From positions 1,077-65,076 of the forward strand of contig JACRGQ010000065.1 of the NCBI GenBank assembly GCA_016217735.1: a stretch of DNA of 64,000 bases, written 5' to 3'. The stretch comes from Nitrospinota bacterium. Its GTDB lineage: Bacteria; Nitrospinota_A; UBA7883; JACRGQ01. Under the pieces are notes generated by a model. It searched no databases. It worked only from the letters and a program-made list of their open reading frames with translations, and was not told where the DNA came from. Position numbers and translations under genes: made by a program. Of the stretch, positions 53,986-60,746 are shown piece by piece; the first letter of the stretch is position 1, and each line of letters starts with the position of its first letter.

Positions 53986-55392
53986 TTACCGAATGCCGAG
54001 CGCCTTGAGCTTTCTCCAGAAAGTTGTCCGGCTCATGCCGAGCGATCTGGCGGTCAATGACACCTTGTGCCGGTTTATTTCCAATGCGCTTAGTATGCGT
54101 TCCCGTTCGGTGAGGCCGCCGATGGGGGCGGCGCGTTCCTCTTCCCCGCCGTCCGGGTGCGGCGGATCGAAAATCGTGGCAACGGAGTCAAAATAGCCGC
54201 GGGGAACGCTTTCCATTCCCAGCATTTTCTTTCGGCACATCACCACGCCGGCTTCCATGACATTGTGAAGTTCCCTGATATTGCCGGGCCAGCGGTAATC
54301 CATCATCGCCTTCATGAGTTCGGCGGAGATGGCTTTTATATTCCGCCCGTTCTTGGCGCAGAAATGCCGGAGGAAATGGGAGGCGAGCAACGGTATGTCT
54401 TCCTTGCGTTCCCGCAGGCTCGGCAGGCGGATGACGGTTCCCGCAAGGCGGAAGTACAGGTCTTCCCGGAAACGTTTCTCGCGCACTTCGCGCACCAGGT
54501 CCCTGTTGGTGGCGGCCAATATGCGCACGTCCACCTTGCGGGGCCTGTTCTCGCCTATCCGCTCTATCTCCTTCTCCTGCAGCACGCGCAGCAGCTTCGC
54601 CTGCAGTTGCATGGATACCTCGCCTATCTCGTCCAGCAGGATGGTTCCTCCCGACGCCGCCTCAAAGCGGCCTATCCTGTCGGCGGCCGCGCCGGTGTAC
54701 GCCCCTTTCACATGGCCGAAGAGTTCGCTCTCCACCAGGTGCTCCGGCAGGGCGGCGCAGTTTATTCTCACGAATGGCCCCTTCCTGCGGAGGCTTTGCT
54801 GGCGCATTGCCGCGGCTATCAATTCCTTGCCGGTTCCGGTCTCGCCGCATATCAGCACGGTAATATCCGTCTCGGCGGCGCTGCGGATGAACTCGAACAC
54901 CGTCTTGATGGCCTTGCTTTGGCCGATGATGCCGCAGAAGCTGCTGGATGGGCCGGCCTGCTCCTCCATTTGTTTCATTTCCGTAACGTCCGTGAGCGTC
55001 ACCAGGAAGTAGGGGCGGCCGCCGTACTGAAACGGGAAGGAGTTGATCCGCACCCAGTAGGCGGCGCCGTCCCTGCTTATCGTCTGGGCCTCGTAGTTGG
55101 CGGGGCCGCAATGCCGCTCCGATGCGGCCGCGTGGCACATATCGCAGGTTTCCTCGCACAGGGCGGGGGTAAGGAACGAACGGCAATCCCGCCCTATCGC
55201 CTCGGCGCCGGAAAGGCCCGTTATCCTTGTCATCGCCCTGTTGAACAGCAGGACTTTCCTTGCCTCGTCGTGAATAAGCACGCCGACATCGATGGTGTCG
55301 AACGCCGCGGCGAGGAACCGGCTGTCATGTCCCACGCCGTCCGTCTGGAATTCTTGTGTGTCCGCCCCGGCGGCGGCAAGCGGTTTTATCAT
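53986..55392 (-). CDS. PAS-domain sigma54-dependent transcriptional activator
   Basis: N-terminal PAS-like region. AAA+: GETGTGKE, GAYTGA (GAFTGA variant), LLDEIGE, YRWPGNIREL. C-terminal Fis-type HTH: SLTARSLGMSRTTFWRKLK. Confidence 0.9.
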   Translation of the reverse strand: MIKPLAAAGADTQEFQTDGVGHDSRFLAAAFDTIDVGVLIHDEARKVLLFNRAMTRITGLSGAEAIGRDCRSFLTPALCEETCDMCHAAASERHCGPANYEAQTISRDGAAYWVRINSFPFQYGGRPYFLVTLTDVTEMKQMEEQAGPSSSFCGIIGQSKAIKTVFEFIRSAAETDITVLICGETGTGKELIAAAMRQQSLRRKGPFVRINCAALPEHLVESELFGHVKGAYTGAAADRIGRFEAASGGTILLDEIGEVSMQLQAKLLRVLQEKEIERIGENRPRKVDVRILAATNRDLVREVREKRFREDLYFRLAGTVIRLPSLRERKEDIPLLASHFLRHFCAKNGRNIKAISAELMKAMMDYRWPGNIRELHNVMEAGVVMCRKKMLGMESVPRGYFDSVATIFDPPHPDGGEEERAAPIGGLTERERILSALEINRHKVSLTARSLGMSRTTFWRKLKALGIR

Positions 55393-55463
55393 ATTCAGCG
55401 ATTATGCTAATCCATCGCCTTCCCCGCGCCTGATGATATAAATCATCATCGATTTCTCCTTCC

Positions 55464-56642
55464 CTATTTCAAAGGGAGCTTCTTCGTGTCGGCCCTGGTT
55501 TTTACGGAAGGGAGCAGCGGGGCCAGTTTCCCGACAACCGATTCCCCCGTGGCGCGGTAGGAAGTAAGCTTGCCGCCGATGACGGAAACAAGCTTCGTCT
55601 TATCCAGATCATCGGAATGCAGAAGCGTTTCCCTGGACCGGCTGAACGGGCTTCCGCCGCCCGAAGGCAAAACCCGCAAGCCCGCGAAAGAATCCAAAAC
55701 ATCCCCGGCCCCGGCCGAACGAAGACGGGGGAAATAGCGCCCCGCCGTTTCCAGCAGGTACCGGATTTCGCTTTCCAGCGGAACCGCGGCGGACGGGTCG
55801 CCGTTAAAAACGGTTTCGGTGGTTCCTATCATGGTGCTGCCCTTCCACGGCATCACGAAAACGCCGCGCCGGTCTTTCGGCGACTCGACATAATAAATTC
55901 CCCGCTCGATCTTTCCCGCCAAAACGATGTGGCTTCCCTGGACAAGCTCCACCGGAACCGTTTTTTGCGATGGAGTTATCTTCTCCAGAATCATGTTGGC
56001 CCACGGCCCGCCGGCGTTAACAAGGCATGAAGCCCTCAGCCCGGACATCTTGCCGTCCCGCTCGAACGTCACCGTCCAGCCGCCGTTTTCAAACACCGCG
56101 CCGGCGAATTTCGCGGGCATATACAGCTCCGCGCCCAATGCCATCGCCGAGGTCATCACCGCCTTGGTGAGCAGGCTGTCGTCGGTCTGGGCTTCGTGGT
56201 ACTGGAAAACCGCCTGAATGCCATTGGCATCCATTCCATCGAGATGTTCCCATTCCCTTTTTGGCACCGTGATGAATCCCGAATCCCGGTTAAAGCCGGA
56301 AAGGGCGTAATACATGGAGAGTCCGGCGCGGATAAGCAGCGGGCGTCTGGACGTTTCGCGGTAAACCGGGATGAAAATCTTTTTCAGTTCAACAAGGCCG
56401 GGGGCGTTTTTCAAAAGAAGCGCGCGCTCATGCAGGCACTCTTGCACCAGCGACAGTTGCGCCGTTTCCAGGTAGCGAAGTCCGCCGTGGATAAGCTTGC
56501 TGGATTTTCCCGACGTGCCGCTTGCCAGCCCCTTCATTTCCAGAACCGCCACGGAATACCCCGCCGCGGCCGCCGCCTGCGCCGTGCCGACGCCATGTAT
56601 TCCGCCGCCGATCACCGCGATGTCATAGGTTTTGGAGCTCAT
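55464..56642 (-). CDS. glpD: FAD-dependent glycerol-3-phosphate dehydrogenase/oxidase-like protein (short form)
   Basis: DIAVIGGGIHGVGTA dinucleotide fold and SGKSSKLIHGGLRYLE signature. 392 aa. Confidence 0.75.
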   Translation of the reverse strand: MSSKTYDIAVIGGGIHGVGTAQAAAAAGYSVAVLEMKGLASGTSGKSSKLIHGGLRYLETAQLSLVQECLHERALLLKNAPGLVELKKIFIPVYRETSRRPLLIRAGLSMYYALSGFNRDSGFITVPKREWEHLDGMDANGIQAVFQYHEAQTDDSLLTKAVMTSAMALGAELYMPAKFAGAVFENGGWTVTFERDGKMSGLRASCLVNAGGPWANMILEKITPSQKTVPVELVQGSHIVLAGKIERGIYYVESPKDRRGVFVMPWKGSTMIGTTETVFNGDPSAAVPLESEIRYLLETAGRYFPRLRSAGAGDVLDSFAGLRVLPSGGGSPFSRSRETLLHSDDLDKTKLVSVIGGKLTSYRATGESVVGKLAPLLPSVKTRADTKKLPLK

Positions 56643-57406
56643 GTATTTCCCTTTCCCCGGTGGAAATCCAGCATTTCCCCGATCCGCATTGTTTCGATCA
56701 TGTCGGCCCCCAGCCCAAGCCATTTTGTTGCGAGGGCCGGATCGGTGATTTCATACAGCGCCCACTTCCAGTTCCCTTTCCAAAGCGCGCCCGGCGCTGC
56801 GGAAATTTTTTCATGATTGCAGAACAGATAATCGGGGGATAACGACTCCGCCACTCTTCTGGACGCCTCGTTATACCGCCGCACCACCCAGCCGGTTTTT
56901 TGCCACCCCTGTCTCCGTGCTTCCACCAGCGGGGCGGTTGCAAAGGAAATGGCAATGCACCGTTCCATAACCGGCTTTATCGCTTCGATAACGGCCCTGA
57001 CCATGAGCTCGGTGCCGAAACGCCCGAGGCTTTCCTCCTTAAGCTCCACGAACAGGCTAACGTCCGGGTTGTCCGACAAAAGCTTAACCATGCTTTTCAG
57101 CGGGGTTATTTCCGTCCCTTCAAACGTCCTCCCAAAACGGGAAGGCTCGCCGAAACTCAGGCGGGAAAGCTCTTCAAATGAAAGCTCCATCACCGTTCCC
57201 TTGCACCCCGCGCTTCTGGCAAGATCGGGGTCGTGATGGAGAACCGGGATATGGTCGGATGTCAGTTGGATGTCGCATTCCAGAAAAAGCGCCCCCGCCT
57301 CGACGGCTTTTGCCATGGCGAGAAGGGTGTTTTCGGGATACTTGAACGCATATCCCCTGTGCGCCACAAAACAAGAAGCTTCCGGATTCATAATTATTAC
57401 GGTCAT
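56639..57406 (-). CDS. Glycerophosphodiester phosphodiesterase
   Basis: FVAHRGYAFKYPENTLLAM, LECDIQLTSDHIPVLHHD. Stop overlaps the glpD-like start (ATGA). Start at 57406 or 57391. Confidence 0.85.
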   Translation of the reverse strand: MTVIIMNPEASCFVAHRGYAFKYPENTLLAMAKAVEAGALFLECDIQLTSDHIPVLHHDPDLARSAGCKGTVMELSFEELSRLSFGEPSRFGRTFEGTEITPLKSMVKLLSDNPDVSLFVELKEESLGRFGTELMVRAVIEAIKPVMERCIAISFATAPLVEARRQGWQKTGWVVRRYNEASRRVAESLSPDYLFCNHEKISAAPGALWKGNWKWALYEITDPALATKWLGLGADMIETMRIGEMLDFHRGKGNT

Positions 57407-57537
57407 TATACCCGGATGGGGGTTTAGCTTTGTTCCATGAATCAGGCGGGATAAGATATAGGTGCAAGGAAGGTTTGAAAACCTTCCGTAAAAAGGGTGC
57501 ATATGCTTTTTAAGCCGGTTTCAGGAGCGGGAGTTGT

Positions 57538-58131
57538 ATGACCGAAGGCGACATAAAGGAAAGATTAGCCATGGTTACATGGATGATCGACCGTTACGAT
57601 GTGCTACGCGTCGCCATTTCACGGCGGGCCGCCATAGTCCTCAGCGCGGACGCCATCCTTGTCACCGCCACCATTTTCCTGTTCGGGCAGTATCACAGAA
57701 GCTATCTTGTGGGCCCCGACATCATCACCAACTCCGAGCAGAGAATGTCCATCGCTTTTATAGCGTTCTCCGTTGCCACCATAGCCTGCCTTTGCTTTTC
57801 CATCCTTGCGGCGACTTCAAGCATCGTCAATGTATGGGTTAAAAGCGGCGATATGCCGGGCGGGGCGACGCCCCAGATATATTTCTTCCACGCCCGCGAC
57901 ACCTATGAGGCTTTTAAAAATTTCAAGTCGTTCCAGGAGACCGTACAGAAAACGACCGACAGGGATTTTCTGAACCACGCGGAAGCCGAGCTGTGGCGGG
58001 TGATAGTCGCGACGTATGTGCGCCACAACGATCTGAAAAAAGCGATTGTCTATCTTTACTGGGCCATTTTCCCTTTTTTGACCTCGCTTATAATCTTTTC
58101 GATCATGCTTTTGACCCCGCTTGTTAAGTAG
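57538..58131 (+). CDS. Hypothetical 3-TM membrane protein (2TM N-terminal module + helical domain + C-terminal TM)
   Basis: TM segments AAIVLSADAILVTATIFLF, SIAFIAFSVATIACLCFSILAA and AIFPFLTSLIIFSIMLL. Visibly lower G+C than neighbours. No catalytic motif. Confidence 0.55.
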   Translation: MTEGDIKERLAMVTWMIDRYDVLRVAISRRAAIVLSADAILVTATIFLFGQYHRSYLVGPDIITNSEQRMSIAFIAFSVATIACLCFSILAATSSIVNVWVKSGDMPGGATPQIYFFHARDTYEAFKNFKSFQETVQKTTDRDFLNHAEAELWRVIVATYVRHNDLKKAIVYLYWAIFPFLTSLIIFSIMLLTPLVK

Positions 58132-58137
58132 CGCGGC

Positions 58138-58360
58138 GAAAAGGCAGTGTCTCAGTCTGAAATTGACTTGATACAAAGTAGTCCCCTCCTTTGCAAGGAG
58201 GGGATACAGGGGAGGTTTTTAACCCCTCCCGCACCTCCCCTTGCAATGCAAGGGGAGGAATAAGAGCGGGATAATTCAAACTGTGACACTACCGGCAAAA
58301 AGGCGGTGTCCCGGTTTGAAATTATTTCCTCCCCTTCGCCATGGGCGAAAAGGGGAGGGC
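58138..58360. repeat. Cluster of GC hairpins and a thrice-repeated ~23-nt unit (GGYRGTGTCNCRGTYTGAAATT)
   Basis: Unit at 58143-58164 (direct), ~58273-58295 (inverted) and 58301-58323 (direct). Hairpins: CCCCTCC-TTTGCAA-GGAGGGG, CCTCCCCTTGCA-ATGCAAGGGGAGG, CCTCCCCTTCGCC-ATG-GGCGAAAAGGGGAGG. Confidence 0.65.
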
Positions 58361-58422
58361 GCGCCGTGGACATGCACGGCGCGGGTGGGGTTTAACCATG
58401 CGCTGTTTGGTATAGTTAAACA

Positions 58423-59232
58423 ATGTGGATACTGGCGGCTGCATTGGGAGTGGCGCTTCTTCTTGCCGCGGGGCGTCGGCACGAGGCGGCCTCGATGTTT
58501 CAGCCCGCGCGGGGGGATGTCCGCGTCCCTGATGATTATCAGCCCAAGCCGCGCGACGTGTTCATCGATACCGGCAACGGGGTTATCCACGGCTGGTTTT
58601 TCGCGGCGGATCAAAACGCCCCCACGCTTCTGTACATCCACGGCAACGCCGATACCATCGTTCAGCGGCTGCCGGTCATCAAGGGGTATATCGGCCTCGG
58701 CCTCAACGTGTTCATCTACGATCCGCACGGGTACGGCAAGAGCGAGGGGGCGGCCGACAAATCCAATTTCGTGTCGGACGCGTTCGCCGCCTACCATTAT
58801 CTTACGGAGCAATTGCGGATTCCTCCCGGCGGCATCATTGTGCTGGGGCAATCGCTGGGGGGCGTGCCGGCGCTGCGGATGGCCAACAGCAAGCCGGTGG
58901 CGGGACTGATTCTTGAAGGAACGTTCACGAGCGTCCGCCAGATGGCGCGCGACCTGTATCCCACGCTCCCGGTATGGCTGCTGGCCTCCGGCGATTTCGA
59001 TAACGGGCGCGAGATACGGCGGCTGAAAATTCCGGTGCTGATTATCAACGGCACGGCGGATGCCACGATTGCGCCGTACCATTCGCAACGGCTGTTCGAT
59101 CTCGCGCCGGAACCGCGCGAATACCTCCGGGTCGAGGGGGCGGGGCATACCACCATGTTCGAAACCGCGCCGGAGGCGTATTACGGCGCCATCGCCCGCT
59201 TTGTTAAAAGAACGGCGGCGCCGGTTCTTTAA
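58423..59232 (+). CDS. Alpha/beta-fold hydrolase
   Basis: N-terminal anchor. HGNAD, nucleophile elbow GQSLGG, late D and H (GTADATI, GAGHT). Confidence 0.85.
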   Translation: MWILAAALGVALLLAAGRRHEAASMFQPARGDVRVPDDYQPKPRDVFIDTGNGVIHGWFFAADQNAPTLLYIHGNADTIVQRLPVIKGYIGLGLNVFIYDPHGYGKSEGAADKSNFVSDAFAAYHYLTEQLRIPPGGIIVLGQSLGGVPALRMANSKPVAGLILEGTFTSVRQMARDLYPTLPVWLLASGDFDNGREIRRLKIPVLIINGTADATIAPYHSQRLFDLAPEPREYLRVEGAGHTTMFETAPEAYYGAIARFVKRTAAPVL

Positions 59233-59242
59233 CCCGCTTCTT

Positions 59243-59669
59243 GTCATCCCCGCGAAGGCGGGGACCCAGAAATATTTTCAAAGCTTTCTTTGTCGGCCCA
59301 TCGGGCCGATATGCTTCGGCAGGGTAGACAATCAGGGAGCGGCGGAATAAACATGCGGCGGCGGAGCATCGCGGAAGGAGGAGCGGAATATGTTCTCCCC
59401 CGCTCCGGAAATCCTCGAAAGAGGGCGCCAGACGCAAACAAACCGCCGCGGAAATGGCCTGTAGGCGATTGTCTGCCGTTGCCCTCCGGCGCCAAGCATC
59501 GCGGCATTCCTTCCGGGGGATGGCTTGCGCTTCGCGCAAGTGTACAGAAGTCCGTACCCACCTAAAGAAACATTTTCCCCGGTGGGTACATGCTCTCGGC
59601 ATGTACATCGGCCCATCGGGCTGACCTTTGCGGGAGCGGGTCTTGCGCGGAGGGGCCGGGTGATGCACG
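59243..59669. repeat. Mosaic intergenic repeat block upstream of the carbonic anhydrase gene
   Basis: Modules: GTCATCCCCGCGAAGGCGGGGACCCAGAAA (59243-59272), TGTCGGCCCATCGGGCCGAT (59291-59310), CGCGCAAGTGTACAG..AAGAAACATTTTC (~59527-59585), GGTGGGTACA, TGTACATCGGCCCATCGGGCTGAC (59602-59625). All recur at 60312-60612 and/or 32691-32756. Confidence 0.65.
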
Positions 59670-60311
59670 ATGGGGGGCATGATAGAAAACTTTCTTCGAG
59701 GCAACCGGAAGTTCCGCGGCGAATATGCGGCCGACGAGCGCGATTTCCTTGAGCGTCTCGCCAGCGAAGGGCAGAGTCCCGACGCGCTCTACATCGGCTG
59801 TTCCGATTCGCGCGTCGTTCCCGAACTTCTAACGAGATCATCGCCGGGGGAACTCTTTGTCCTGCGTAACGTCGCCAACCTCGTGCCGGTCTTCAACGAT
59901 CCCGATTCAAGCGTTGGGGCCGCCATCGAGTATGCCGTCGGCCATCTCCACGTGCCGCACATTATCGTCTGCGGCCACTACGGCTGCGGCGGCGTGAAGG
60001 CGGCGCTGGACGGCCTCGACAAGGAGCGCGGGTTTCCATCGCTCTTTGAATGGCTCAGCGAGGTGCGCGCCGCCGCCGAGAATGTGGACCCGGCTTTGGC
60101 TCCCGACGTGCGCTGGCGGCGGGCGGTCGAGGAGAGCGTGGTGTTTCAGCTTGGAAACCTTCCGACGTATCCGGCGGTGGCATCCGCGCTTGCCGCCAAG
60201 AAACTCCGCATACACGGCTGGGTGTATGATCTGCACACCTGCTCGTTGTCGGTATACGACGTGAACAAACATGCGTTTGTTCCGGCCAGCTCTTTCATCC
60301 CCGGCGCGTAG
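59670..60311 (+). CDS. Beta-class carbonic anhydrase
   Basis: YIGCSDSRVVPE (C-x-D-x-R) and CGHYGCGGV (H-x-x-C) zinc motifs. Alternative ATG at 59679. Confidence 0.9.
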   Translation: MGGMIENFLRGNRKFRGEYAADERDFLERLASEGQSPDALYIGCSDSRVVPELLTRSSPGELFVLRNVANLVPVFNDPDSSVGAAIEYAVGHLHVPHIIVCGHYGCGGVKAALDGLDKERGFPSLFEWLSEVRAAAENVDPALAPDVRWRRAVEESVVFQLGNLPTYPAVASALAAKKLRIHGWVYDLHTCSLSVYDVNKHAFVPASSFIPGA

Positions 60312-60612
60312 TGTATCTTTCTTTCTCTAGGTGGGTACACAATTCATTGTGTACATCGGCCCATCGGGCCGACCCTCTTCGTCCCTTCCGGCTCCTCCCT
60401 TTAACAAAGGGCGGAGCCGGAAGGGATTTTAAAATAATTCCCCCTCCCATGTCATGCCGGGCTTGACCCGGCACCCAGAAAGAGTATCAAAGCTCTCTTA
60501 CCTTCTTCGGTGGGTACACAATGCGGGAGGCGCGGAATCATTTTACAATCCGCGCCGGATGTGGCCTAAAGACCATATTGTGTACATCGGCCTCACGGGC
60601 CGACCTCTTCTT
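60312..60612. repeat. Mosaic intergenic repeat block downstream of the carbonic anhydrase gene
   Basis: GGTGGGTACAC (60331, 60511), TGTGTACATCGGCCCATCGGGCCGAC (60348-60373), GTCATGCCGGGCTTGACCCGGCACCCAGAAA (60451-60481), TGTGTACATCGGCCTCACGGGCCGAC (60579-60604). Same orientation as the upstream block. Confidence 0.65.
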
Positions 60613-60703
60613 GGTGCCACAGGTTTCAACCTGTGGCTGTTTCCGGAGGAAACAAAAGCCCTTGGCTCTGACGGCCCAACAACAGGATAAATCCTGTTGT
60701 ACC
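60613..60703 (+). repeat. GGTACC-bounded multi-hairpin element, copy 3
   Basis: GGTGC...GTACC (needs G-U); CCACAGGT-TTCA-ACCTGTGG; TGTTTCC-GGA-GGAAACA; CAACAGGA-TAAA-TCCTGTTG (compensatory relative to copies 1 and 2). Confidence 0.75.
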
Positions 60704-60746
60704 AAGGCAGGATGCAGAGGTGCCTCGCCGTCTGATTCCCCGTTAC

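Noticed and set aside
58138-60720. Possible CRISPR array, given the many short repeats and hairpins
   Set aside because: There is no constant-length direct repeat alternating with unique spacers. The repeats are heterogeneous modules, partly inverted. No cas genes are in the window.
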